Source of the DNA: an uncultured Pseudomonadota bacterium
GTDB taxonomy: Bacteria > Oederibacteriota > Muellerivitia > Muellerivitales > Muellerivitaceae
Direction: 5' to 3'
Length of the DNA stretch: 64,000 bases
Assembly: GCA_963836235.1 (NCBI GenBank)
Contig: CAWIIP010000002.1
Location: forward strand, 1 to 64,000
Shown here: positions 19,679 to 27,847 of the stretch, piece after piece
Layout of the letters: the number at the start of each line of letters is the position of its first letter
Position numbering within the stretch: the stretch's first letter is position 1
Notes under the pieces: model-generated
Told to the model about the DNA's origin: nothing
The model's database searches: none
The model's input: the letters and a program-made list of their open reading frames with translations, nothing else
Made by a program: the position numbers and the translations under genes

Positions 19679-19834
19679 TCACGAATGGCTCATCAAAAAA
19701 CCCATGGCGGCCCCGTAAAAGGTGCTGATCCAGGGGTTAGAGGTGATCGGACAGGTACCCGTCGAACAACCGACCAGCCGGTACCAGCCGTAGCCCAGCA
19801 GACCTCCGATGGCGATTCCCACGAATTGATGCAT
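19679..19834 (-). CDS. Small membrane protein, DUF6132-like (not in the ORF track)
   Basis: Manual translation MHQFVGIAIGGLLGYGWYRLVGCSTGTCPITSNPWISTFYGAAMGFLMSHS*; GCxxGxCPITSNP motif; RBS GGAGG. Confidence 0.85.
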   Translation of the reverse strand: MHQFVGIAIGGLLGYGWYRLVGCSTGTCPITSNPWISTFYGAAMGFLMSHS

Positions 19835-19851
19835 AACAGCCTCCGCTCTAA

Positions 19852-19875
19852 CAGTATTAACGTTTACTAATATAG
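19852..19875. promoter_or_regulatory. Putative ArsR operator (degenerate copy)
   Basis: cagtattaa-N6-CTAATATAG; the right half is identical to the perfect palindrome at 20190-20213. Confidence 0.55.
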
Positions 19876-19892
19876 ATTTCCAAAAAAAGGGA

Positions 19893-20177
19893 TTACTCCC
19901 CGCAGAAAACCTCTTTCATCAGGGCCATCAATTTCAGCATCTTGGGATTGGTTATGGAGTAATAGATCATGTTCCCTTCCCGGCGGGTGGCGACCAGGTT
20001 GCGGGAGCGCATCTGGAGAAGGTGTTGGGAGACGTTGGATTGGCTGGTGCCCAGGGCCTCGGTGAGTTCCTGCACGTTCTTTTCACCCTCCGCCAGGAGG
20101 GCCAAGACGGTCAACCGGAAGGGATGGGCGATGGCCTTGATGCAATCGGCTGATTTTTCGATGTGGGCTGTTTTCAT
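19893..20177 (-). CDS. ArsR/SmtB repressor, BigR/SqrR-like persulfide sensor
   Basis: KAIAHPFRL, SQSNVSQHL, RREGNMIYYS; Cys in helix 1 (ADC) and C-terminal FC. Confidence 0.88.
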   Translation of the reverse strand: MKTAHIEKSADCIKAIAHPFRLTVLALLAEGEKNVQELTEALGTSQSNVSQHLLQMRSRNLVATRREGNMIYYSITNPKMLKLMALMKEVFCGE

Positions 20178-20189
20178 TTCCCGGCCTTT

Positions 20190-20213
20190 CTATATTAGAT
20201 AATACTAATATAG
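20190..20213. promoter_or_regulatory. Putative ArsR operator, perfect 9-6-9 palindrome
   Basis: CTATATTAG-ATAATA-CTAATATAG, 12 bp upstream of the arsR start. Confidence 0.72.
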
Positions 20214-20268
20214 TAAATTATTTCAAGTCTTTTCTTCAGGACGTAATATGAAGCCGTTGGAGGAATAG

Positions 20269-20889
20269 GTGAAAAATTATTTATTCATTTGGGGGCTGGC
20301 CCTAGGACTGGTCACCGGCCTGTCCCTGGGGGCCACTGTGGGCGAAAAAGCCCCGCTCTTCACCGGCAAGGACACCTTCGGGAAAATCCACAAACTTTCG
20401 GACCTCAAAGGAAAATTCGTGGTACTGGAATGGCACAACCACGACTGCCCCTTCACGATGAGCCAATACAAGGGCAAGATACAAAAACTGCAACAGGAAT
20501 GGACGGCCAGGGGCGTGGTTTGGCTGAGGGTGATCTCCTCGGCCCCCGGCAAGGAAGGCTGTGTGACCACTAAGCGGGCCAATGAGGACGCCGAAAGCAA
20601 CGGGGCCCTTCCCACCGCCACCCTATTGGACCCCACCGGGAGCATTGGCCACTCTTATGGAGCCAAAACCACTCCCCATATGTTCATCATCAACCCCCGG
20701 GGAATCCTCATTTATGACGGCGCCATCGACAACGCGCCCTTGCAGGATGATTTTTCCAACATGACCCCGGACGGCAAACCCTACGTGAATTACGTGGAAC
20801 AGGCCCTCAGCCAGGCCATGGCCGGGCAGGAAGTTACTATCAAGTCGACGGTGCCTTACGGATGCGCCGTCAAATACAAGGAGCCTTAG
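20269..20889 (+). CDS. Exported thioredoxin-fold redoxin (AhpC/TSA family)
   Basis: Signal peptide, VVLEWHNHDCPF, YGAKTTPHMFII, YDGAIDN, PYGCAVKY. Confidence 0.88.
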   Translation: MKNYLFIWGLALGLVTGLSLGATVGEKAPLFTGKDTFGKIHKLSDLKGKFVVLEWHNHDCPFTMSQYKGKIQKLQQEWTARGVVWLRVISSAPGKEGCVTTKRANEDAESNGALPTATLLDPTGSIGHSYGAKTTPHMFIINPRGILIYDGAIDNAPLQDDFSNMTPDGKPYVNYVEQALSQAMAGQEVTIKSTVPYGCAVKYKEP

Positions 20890-20972
20890 CTGATTTTCCT
20901 TTAATCATTATTACGCTGTTTACCCCCCATTCAGTCGGGCTACTTCAGGCCGGACCATGCCTTGGAATCCTT

Positions 20973-21725
20973 TTAATGTTCTATGCCGCGTTTCAAGCTT
21001 TGGAGATAGTCCATTTGAGTTCCCGGAATGGCGAGATTTTTCTTATCCTCCAACCAGTCGCTATAGGCGTTATCCCGCTGAAGGTAACTTTTCGAAATAT
21101 GGATCACAAAAACCTTCATCAACTCGCCCATGCTCGAGGCGATCGTGTCGTAACTCCGGTCGTAATAGAGCTGGTTTTCGTAATAGCCGGTGAGCCGGAC
21201 CAGTTCAACGAGGGTGGAGGAGCTTTCGTTGTAAGCCTCGAAATGATAGAAGCCCCGGATCATTCCATAGGAATCGCTGAAATCGTCCCCGATGCAATGG
21301 TATTCTTTTTTCGGCGGCCCATACTTCGACCGCAGGTCCCGCCGGGCGCCTTCCAATTCCTTCAACGTGAGTTCGGTCGCTTCCAGGCATAAATTCCCGC
21401 GATAAAAAACGTATGTCTTAGGATCACCTTCCGCGATTTGCGCCGAAAAACCAGGAAAGCGCGCCGGATCGTCCTTGTTCACCTCGTGGCAATCCATTAA
21501 AAGATAATCCAATAGCCGGGCTTCCATTGGATCGACATAAAAGGTCACTTTGGAATGTTTCAAGGCGCGAAATTGCGGCAATGTCGTGTTCCATTCCGTA
21601 TCCGGGGAGCCTGCAGGGACATTCAGGCCCTTGCTATCGGGTGTGTCACAATACCCCAGTCGGGCCAAGGCAACGAGAACAGTAGCCACGGCCCACAGCC
21701 GCCACTTTTTTATTTTTTTATCCAT
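20973..21725 (-). CDS. Exported hypothetical protein
   Basis: 251-codon ORF with RBS AAGGAGG and an N-terminal signal-like segment; no family recognised. Confidence 0.7.
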   Translation of the reverse strand: MDKKIKKWRLWAVATVLVALARLGYCDTPDSKGLNVPAGSPDTEWNTTLPQFRALKHSKVTFYVDPMEARLLDYLLMDCHEVNKDDPARFPGFSAQIAEGDPKTYVFYRGNLCLEATELTLKELEGARRDLRSKYGPPKKEYHCIGDDFSDSYGMIRGFYHFEAYNESSSTLVELVRLTGYYENQLYYDRSYDTIASSMGELMKVFVIHISKSYLQRDNAYSDWLEDKKNLAIPGTQMDYLQSLKRGIEH

Positions 21726-21769
21726 CCATGCCTCCTTTGAAAGGCTTTTAACAATTAAGTGATCAACCT

Positions 21770-22444
21770 TTAAAGGTCCCCGGAAATCGCGTCCTTGGCC
21801 GCTCCCCATAGCATTTGCGGATCGGCCAAGAACCGATAATCCCGGTTAAAGAAAACGAACTGGACGATCCCCTTACGGTCGATTCCATAGACCGCAGGCA
21901 CTGGAAGCGTTTCATCGGAATTACCCGTATATTCCCTTAAGTGAACTCCCATTTTTTTCAGGACATCCTCGTCCGCACGATAGGCTAAGCCAAACCGCCG
22001 GGCGATATCCATGTTCTTATCGGTAAAGAGGGTAAAATCGACGTTATCTTTTTTATAAGTTTCTAAAATTTTTGACGGCTGATCCGGCGTGACCGCCGCC
22101 ACTTGGTACCCCAATTCCGCCAAACGGGGCTCCAGTTTGGCTAAATCGCCCAATTGGGAATTCGAGTAGGGGGACCATCCTCCTTGGTAAAAAACAAGGA
22201 TGGTCGGCTTTTGGTGGATGAAAGTTTCAAAATCGACGGTTTTTCCATCCATCGTCACGAGCGCGCCATAAGCCGCTTCATCGCCCGCCGAACGGGGCTG
22301 GGTGCGTCCAGCCTTCTCCGCTACCCTTTCTTGATCCTCCCGCCACCACCACCCATCACCGTCCCGGGCGAAAGCCGTAAAGCCCGCTCCCTCCAAAATA
22401 AACAGCAATAAAAAATGGAATAAAAAAAAATTTTTCCGAATCAT
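21770..22444 (-). CDS. Exported peroxiredoxin-like (AhpC/TSA) protein with CxxC replaced by SxxS
   Basis: LVFYQGGWSPYSN in place of FYRGGWCPYCN; also A..FGLAY, LPVPAVY.ID..G.V, DYR. ATG overlaps the upstream TGA. Confidence 0.8.
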   Translation of the reverse strand: MIRKNFFLFHFLLLFILEGAGFTAFARDGDGWWWREDQERVAEKAGRTQPRSAGDEAAYGALVTMDGKTVDFETFIHQKPTILVFYQGGWSPYSNSQLGDLAKLEPRLAELGYQVAAVTPDQPSKILETYKKDNVDFTLFTDKNMDIARRFGLAYRADEDVLKKMGVHLREYTGNSDETLPVPAVYGIDRKGIVQFVFFNRDYRFLADPQMLWGAAKDAISGDL

Positions 22445-22680
22445 CGACGCCCCCGCTTCAACTTCCTTTTTCCTCTCCATTTCATGGGTCCGCAGGCCAC
22501 GGGCTTGGCCTCCAAACCTTTCATCCCCTCTTCCCGGTAGGCAGCTTTCCACCGCCGGACACTTCTTCTTTTCGCGCCAACCTCAAGGGCGACTTGGGTC
22601 AGGTTGAAGCCCTCCAACACCATCTCGATGGCCCGATGGCGGCGGCGTTCCAATTCCTTTTGACTGCCGAAAGGCCTCAT
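22441..22680 (-). mobile_element. IS630-type transposase N-terminal HTH only (remnant or domesticated)
   Basis: MRPFGSQKELERRRHRAIEMV.EG..LTQVA..VG..RRSVRRWK.AY.E.G..GL.AKP matches IS630 N-termini; no DDE domain follows. Confidence 0.7.
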
Positions 22681-22713
22681 GCCGCGACTCCAAACCGGTG
22701 AATTTAACCATCC

Positions 22714-22980
22714 CTATACACCCGAACTCCTTTGAAAAAACCCCCGGACTTCCAGGCAAGCTTCCTCGGCATCGTCGCCCTGGAAGTTGAACAGTAATTC
22801 CATTCCCCTGGCCGCCCCCAGCGAGATCAAGCCGATGATGCTCTTGGCGTTCGCGCTTCGGGGCCCGTTGTGGACAGTGACCTCGCACTTGTACCGGCTG
22901 ACTAATAGGACCAACTGGGCGGCGGACCTCAGGTGAAGGCCCAACGCGTCGGGTACAATAACCTTTTCGGCGATGATCAT
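22714..22980 (-). CDS. ptsH: HPr-family phosphocarrier protein (canonical)
   Basis: GLHLRSAA (His15/Arg17), ANAKSIIGLISLGAARG (Ser46), GDDAEEA; RBS GAGGAG. Confidence 0.88.
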   Translation of the reverse strand: MIIAEKVIVPDALGLHLRSAAQLVLLVSRYKCEVTVHNGPRSANAKSIIGLISLGAARGMELLFNFQGDDAEEACLEVRGFFQRSSGV

Positions 22981-23051
22981 TCGGCTCCTCTCTCTTCGCG
23001 CGTGGTGCGACATGATTTCAACCCGTCCCTTTTTCAGCCCACCGAGGAATG

Positions 23052-23705
23052 TTACGTTTTGGCCTCGTCCAACTTGCGGACGATAAAGAGACTAGCCGTC
23101 CCTTCCACCGCCAGTTTCACCAGCAGCCGCTTCACGTTTTTCCTTGATTCCAGCAAAGCCTTGCGCATAAACACCAATTGGTCGGTCAATTCCCTTTCCT
23201 CGCCGAAAACCTCAATAGCCCTTTCGATCAGTTTTAGCATTTCTTCCTGGAACGCGGCCTCATTTTGGAGGGTTTCCCCGAAACCGCGATCCGGGTTTTC
23301 CCCAGGCAATTCAAGGGCAACCGGGACGCCCATTCTTTCGCCTAAACCAACCCGCAGGTCCCGGTAATCCTTTTTGGCCAGGCACAAAAGACCCCAAAGG
23401 TCATCCACGGAACTTTCGTCGTCAGGCACAGCCGCCCCCGCCAGGTGCAGGACACGCTGATGCGCTATTTCCAGCATCTGGAAAAGAATAGCCGTCCGGC
23501 GAAGCTGGACTTTGCTGATGTGGGCCTTGGTGTTCAGCAATTCCTTGACCACACCGAGCATTTCCCCGCACTGTTCCAAGAGGGCGCGGTTGGTTTGCCC
23601 GTCCCGCGGGCTGGCGCTCAGCGCGTGGGCGGCCAAATCCTTCATGCCCCCCTCAAGGCGTTCGGAAGTTTCGATCATTTGGTAAATTGTGAAATAAAAA
23701 TTCAT
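23052..23705 (-). CDS. Hypothetical all-helical cytoplasmic protein
   Basis: 217 aa from ATG 23705 with RBS GGAGG; amphipathic helices; no family recognised. Confidence 0.7.
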   Translation of the reverse strand: MNFYFTIYQMIETSERLEGGMKDLAAHALSASPRDGQTNRALLEQCGEMLGVVKELLNTKAHISKVQLRRTAILFQMLEIAHQRVLHLAGAAVPDDESSVDDLWGLLCLAKKDYRDLRVGLGERMGVPVALELPGENPDRGFGETLQNEAAFQEEMLKLIERAIEVFGEERELTDQLVFMRKALLESRKNVKRLLVKLAVEGTASLFIVRKLDEAKT

Positions 23706-23757
23706 TTTTTCCTCCAATAGTTTTTTCGAGCAAACACAAAAACGGACCGGGACGGCC

Positions 23758-23940
23758 TTAATTTCGCAGATGCCCTTTGCCACCCGAATGCCGCTCAAGA
23801 CGTAGTCCGTTTTCCTTTTGATCCATTTGGAAACAATCGAAACAGTCCACAATGTGATCGGTGATTCTTTCCCAATCCTCCTCCGGCAATTTCCCGAGCA
23901 TATAATCTTTGTATTTCTTGTTCACTTCATCGCAATTCAT
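23758..23940 (-). CDS. Stand-alone zf-HC2 (ZAS anti-sigma-type zinc finger) protein
   Basis: MNC.E......DY..G.L......I.DHIVDCFDC (HxxxCxxC); RBS AAGGAGG; only 60 aa and no TM. Confidence 0.8.
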   Translation of the reverse strand: MNCDEVNKKYKDYMLGKLPEEDWERITDHIVDCFDCFQMDQKENGLRLERHSGGKGHLRN

Positions 23941-23986
23941 GGAAATCCTCCTTTTGGTGCCGACGGTTTAAAAAATCTTCCGCCCT

Positions 23987-24256
23987 TTAGTTCCCCCGGG
24001 TGATAAACCGGCCCATACTGGAATTCCGGATGGATTCTAAGGCCGCCTTTTCGTCGCTTCCCTTCAGGCTGACGACTACCCTAGATAAATCAGGACGAAT
24101 TAAAGAAACGACCTCCAGCAGTTTTTTCCCGTCGATCGTTATTTCATCGTCACGGATCTTGATATGGCAGTGAAACTTCCGGGCGATGCGCAACAAGTCG
24201 GTCAACGCCCAGGGCGGAAGCCCCGGATTTTTTTGAAGCGTAATTTTTTTGGACAT
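23987..24256 (-). CDS. Divergent HPr-like protein lacking His15 and Ser46
   Basis: MSKKITLQKNPGLPPWALTDLLRIARKFHCHIKI...IDGKKLLEVVSL...LKGSDEKAALESI: HPr pattern with GLH->GLP and KS->KK; RBS AAGGAG. Confidence 0.72.
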   Translation of the reverse strand: MSKKITLQKNPGLPPWALTDLLRIARKFHCHIKIRDDEITIDGKKLLEVVSLIRPDLSRVVVSLKGSDEKAALESIRNSSMGRFITRGN

Positions 24257-24359
24257 TTCGTCTCCTTCTCCATCGGGAATAAATAAAAAAATGGAATTTC
24301 TGGGTTTGGGCGTGCAGAAACAATCATCCAAGGGGATGATCAAAATTTCGGAGAAAATG

Positions 24360-24716
24360 TCAGATGCGTAAGGGAATTGGACCGGCGGAAGAAATATCTG
24401 CTTTCCCGAAAGCGGCAGGGACCGCCATCGCCGTCGTCCTTGAAAAGGAAACGGTTTTTGGGAAATTCGAGGACTTGCAAATATCGGACTTGGGCTTCGA
24501 GGTTTTTTCCTTGGCGTCCTGAGTCAGGCAATTAAACCCACGCAAAACCTTTCCGAACGACAGGTGGCTGTTGCGGTCAATGGACCCGTTTGAATCCGAG
24601 AAAAAAGGATTGGCATGGCCCATCAAATAGACAAACTGCCGACCCACCAAGGGAATCAGCATGGCCACCACTAAAAAAGCCATTAGGTTTTGGCGGAAGC
24701 GATTAATCCGAAACAT
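24360..24716 (-). CDS. Signal-anchored small protein ending in LRI (leader A)
   Basis: 118 aa, basic N-terminus plus hydrophobic segment, ends SSAGPIPLRI*; paralog of 27231..27593. Confidence 0.7.
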   Translation of the reverse strand: MFRINRFRQNLMAFLVVAMLIPLVGRQFVYLMGHANPFFSDSNGSIDRNSHLSFGKVLRGFNCLTQDAKEKTSKPKSDICKSSNFPKTVSFSRTTAMAVPAAFGKADISSAGPIPLRI

Positions 24717-24722
24717 ATTTTT

Positions 24723-24751
24723 AAATTACTCTCCTCATAGGTAAAGTTCAA
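24723..24751 (-). promoter_or_regulatory. Sigma70-type promoter, predicted leaderless transcript
   Basis: TTGAAC-N17-TAATTT-N6-ATG(24716). Confidence 0.55.
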
Positions 24752-24865
24752 GCCTTCCTTTCAGCGTGGGAAAATGCAAAGTAAATAAGCCCAAGAAATG
24801 GGTGGATTAATTCAATTCCAACCCTGCCTTTAATTCACTGGAAGGCCGCAATCGGCGGATCCCGG

Positions 24866-26206
24866 TCAACCCTTCGGCATATCCCTTAGCGGTTTTCCAT
24901 CCGCTTTGAAGGTTTCAACCGATCCATCCCGGAGCGTCAATTGGATTTTTAATCCCTGTCCCGATCCGGTGAACCGCACCCCTTGTACTTCGGTATCGAG
25001 GAAAATGGGCTTGGCCGACTTTTTTTCCCTATCCACTAAAAAGGCGTCACCGCTGTCCCCCACCAGCTTCACGGTGTGGCGGTTGTCATCGTTCTGGAAG
25101 ACAATCGCCCTGTCCATATCCGCTTGGGCCTGGTGATCAGGAGATTCTTGGAAGCCATTGGGCTCTTCTGGTCGACCAGTGGAGACCGACGAAAAGTTGT
25201 CCCCGGTTTGGCCGCTATCCTGGTCTTCGGACAGCCCATTATCGTAATTGGCTTGTGGGTCAGTGCCATTATCCGTTGACTGACTATTGTTGTAACCGCC
25301 GTCTCCATTAGAGGAGACATATTGCTCGTTCTCGTAAATATAGACCATGTTCGTTGCTGGATTGGGCCAATTCCAACATCCATTGTCCCAATAGTCCCAA
25401 CAGCCGTACCAGGGGTCATTCCACCAAAACAAACCGCCATAGTACTGGGTCCAAAAACAACTTCCACCGCCGTACCATCCATACCAATTGCAGCCAAAAC
25501 GGTCGCAGTAATTGCAATAGTTCCATCCACCGTAGTTATGCCAATAATAATGGCCCGGGTTGTTCTGCGCCGCACGGTTGAAACCATTGATCTGGGAACG
25601 GAAATTCCCGTTCCCGGTGATGGAGTTCATTTGGTTCCGCACAAAACCTGAATTCATCTGGTGGGGTGAGAGCGTCGAGGCGGAAAGATGCTGCCCATTG
25701 GCCCCCCGAGTAGGCATCTGCGCCGTGGAATGCCTCATACTTCCGGGAAGTGAGGACGAGCCGTTTAACCGGCCGGAAGAAAAACCCCGGCTGTTGGATG
25801 AAGTGGTGGGATGAACCGAGTCATTGAAATGATGAAGGCCCGTAGAACGGTTCCCATTAGAACGATACCCACCGTTGTTTTGGCGAAAACCGTTGTAGTT
25901 TCCATAAGCTCTGTTAAAAGAATGGTTTTGCCTGTTCCAATACCCGCCGTTGCCTTGGCGGTAATAGCCATAGGCTCGGTTGCCGCCATAATAACGGTTT
26001 CCCCCAAAACTGCGGTTGTTAGACTGGAAAGAAAAATTCCCACGTCCCCCTCCAAAGTTTCCACCCCATCCACCGCCACTACGGTCGCCGCCGCCGAAAC
26101 CGCCCCCTCCTCCGCCACGGGCACCACCGCCTCCGCCACCGTGTGAAGGTAAAGCCGAGGCTGGGAACAACAAAGCCATCGCGAAAACCGCTATTATCTT
26201 TTTCAT
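24866..26206 (-). CDS. Secreted Gly/Asn/Ser/Arg low-complexity protein with Trp/Tyr/Cys-rich domain (paralog 1)
   Basis: Signal peptide, poly-Gly, LHHFN, YYWH.YGGWNYC.Y.DRFGCNWYGW...FWTQYYG..WW, VYIYEN, and a C-terminal VKLVGDSGDAFL..KPIFL domain. Confidence 0.8.
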   Translation of the reverse strand: MKKIIAVFAMALLFPASALPSHGGGGGGARGGGGGGFGGGDRSGGGWGGNFGGGRGNFSFQSNNRSFGGNRYYGGNRAYGYYRQGNGGYWNRQNHSFNRAYGNYNGFRQNNGGYRSNGNRSTGLHHFNDSVHPTTSSNSRGFSSGRLNGSSSLPGSMRHSTAQMPTRGANGQHLSASTLSPHQMNSGFVRNQMNSITGNGNFRSQINGFNRAAQNNPGHYYWHNYGGWNYCNYCDRFGCNWYGWYGGGSCFWTQYYGGLFWWNDPWYGCWDYWDNGCWNWPNPATNMVYIYENEQYVSSNGDGGYNNSQSTDNGTDPQANYDNGLSEDQDSGQTGDNFSSVSTGRPEEPNGFQESPDHQAQADMDRAIVFQNDDNRHTVKLVGDSGDAFLVDREKKSAKPIFLDTEVQGVRFTGSGQGLKIQLTLRDGSVETFKADGKPLRDMPKG

Positions 26207-26261
26207 GTGGCACCACCTTTAAGGATTGGGCCACTCGTACCTTACGGTCTCAATCCCCCTG

Positions 26262-26297
26262 CTATTATTTAGACGTTTCCACCAGTTAAAAAAGGAC
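26262..26297 (-). promoter_or_regulatory. Putative ECF-sigma promoter (copy 1)
   Basis: Minus strand GGTCCTTTTTT...AACGTCTAAATAATAG; shared with 34489-34524. Confidence 0.45.
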
Positions 26298-26427
26298 CGT
26301 TTAAAACCTAACCAAAACTTGCCGGCATTCCAAAAAAATTTCAAACCCCTTGGCAAAGTGGGGGCGCCTAAATACGCCCCCGATTTCGCCCCAGGGACCC
26401 AGGCCCCCGGAAGAACAAATGAAATAA

Positions 26428-26649
26428 TTACTTGGTACCCGAGGCAGTAGGCGTCGCTTCGGTCGATTTATTCATTTTCTTTGTCGACTTTTTCTTTGCG
26501 TGCTTTTTGACCTTTTTGTGCCCCATCTTCTTGGTCGGCGTCGAACTGGCGCTGGCCGGGGTCAAAGAGGCTGCCGTTCCTTGAGCCATCGCCAAACTGG
26601 CGGTGGTCAAGAAAGACAAAGCCATCAATATGGCAAATAACCTTTTCAT
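26428..26649 (-). CDS. Small secreted Lys/His-rich disordered protein (Asr-like composition)
   Basis: Signal peptide with AMA cleavage site, then TPTKKMGHKKVKKHAKKKSTKK; RBS AAGGAG. Confidence 0.8.
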   Translation of the reverse strand: MKRLFAILMALSFLTTASLAMAQGTAASLTPASASSTPTKKMGHKKVKKHAKKKSTKKMNKSTEATPTASGTK

Positions 26650-26800
26650 AACTTTCTCCTTTTTCTTTTTAATATAATTAACGGCGGAGGCCCGCCCTGG
26701 GATCGGGCGGGTTCAACCTTCCTTTTTCAATTCGCCGCTTCCATTTACCCGCTTCATCAACGGGTTTGGATAAGTCTCCAAACCTGCCTTGGTGGGACCT

Positions 26801-27094
26801 TTACGCCCCGGAAACAACTCTGTCTTCCGTCGCTTCGCATTCGAAAACACCTTTGGCGAAATAACGAATAACCATCATGGCTTCATCCTCGTCCCTCCCC
26901 TTGGCGGTTATTTCCAAACGCGCTCCCTTCACCTCGTTTAAAGCAATCAATTCCAAGAATATCTTTGCGTTGGCCACCAACCTTTTCTTTCGAATGCCGA
27001 TTTGACAAACGAATTGGTTGGCGATCCTTGAAAGTTCGGCCATTTCCCACATATGCAATCCAGCCTTGATCGAGATAACAATTTTTTTGGACAT
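26801..27094 (-). CDS. Divergent HPr-like protein (His15 kept, Arg17->Trp, Ser46->Ile)
   Basis: MSKKIVISIKAGLHMWEMAELSRIANQFVCQI...ANAKIFLELIAL...LEITAKGRDEDEAM; RBS GGAGG. Confidence 0.8.
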   Translation of the reverse strand: MSKKIVISIKAGLHMWEMAELSRIANQFVCQIGIRKKRLVANAKIFLELIALNEVKGARLEITAKGRDEDEAMMVIRYFAKGVFECEATEDRVVSGA

Positions 27095-27230
27095 TGGGCT
27101 TCCTCCGGCGCTTAGTTGTTTTCATAAAATGGTTTAATCCATGGATTGAAACGACGAAAATTCTTTGGGGAAAACCCCCAAAAATATAACCGACCCCAAG
27201 GGGATGGTTACGGATGATTTGGATTAAATT

Positions 27231-27593
27231 TTAAATTCTGAGTGAAAGGGGCCAAATGGAAGATGAATCTTTCAAGAACCAGCGCGCAAAAGCATCCAAT
27301 CTCGGGGTTCGCTCCGCGATAACCGATGTTTTTAATTTCGAGATTTGGAAGAAGTTGGAATTGAATTTTCCACCTTTATTGGATATTTCCTGGGCTTGGA
27401 CATTGATTTGATGCATCAGGGTTCTACTGCCGTTGTGATGGGAACCCGAATTATTCGAAATTCCTGATTCGGGATAAAAGGGTAACGCCGCCAGTTTGAC
27501 CGCAAGCAATTGCTTTCCGGCAAAGGAAAAGAGCGTGGCCGCGATCAAACCGATGAACAAGGAGCGGTGAATCGATCTCAATAGTTTTAACAT
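27231..27593 (-). CDS. Signal-anchored small protein ending in LRI (leader B)
   Basis: 120 aa; aligns with leader A (G[RK]Q, A.PF[FY].[DE]S, SH, D.SS..P..LRI*). Confidence 0.7.
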   Translation of the reverse strand: MLKLLRSIHRSLFIGLIAATLFSFAGKQLLAVKLAALPFYPESGISNNSGSHHNGSRTLMHQINVQAQEISNKGGKFNSNFFQISKLKTSVIAERTPRLDAFARWFLKDSSSIWPLSLRI

Positions 27594-27599
27594 GCCTTT

Positions 27600-27628
27600 A
27601 CGCTAGCCCTTTCATCAAGCAACGTCAA
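27600..27628 (-). promoter_or_regulatory. Sigma70-type promoter, predicted leaderless transcript
   Basis: TTGACG-N17-TAGCGT-N6-ATG(27593), the same geometry as at leader A. Confidence 0.6.
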
Positions 27629-27847
27629 GGTCCCTTGAATGAGTACGAAGCCTGGAATTTAATGGAATTTCGTCATAACCCCCGGTTAAAAAAGATGGCT
27701 GTTTTAATTAAACCATAGCCATTCAAAACCCTTTTGGAAATATTCGCAAAAACGAAAAATATCTCCCGTTTTTCTTTTGGGCCCGGAACTCCAATAGGCG
27801 CATCAAGTACCAACCGATATCGGGCCATACCGGGATGGAGTCATATC

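Noticed and set aside
21770-22552. ORF-track start at 22552 for the redoxin, and extended starts for 23052..23852, 23987..24343, 39991..40920 and 45801..47996
   Set aside because: The extensions overlap neighbouring real genes; downstream ATGs with RBS or translational coupling fit better.
27653-27670. TGGAATTT direct repeat with 10-bp period upstream of the leader B promoter
   Set aside because: Could be an OmpR-type site, but there is no clear equivalent upstream of leaders A or C; too weak to call.
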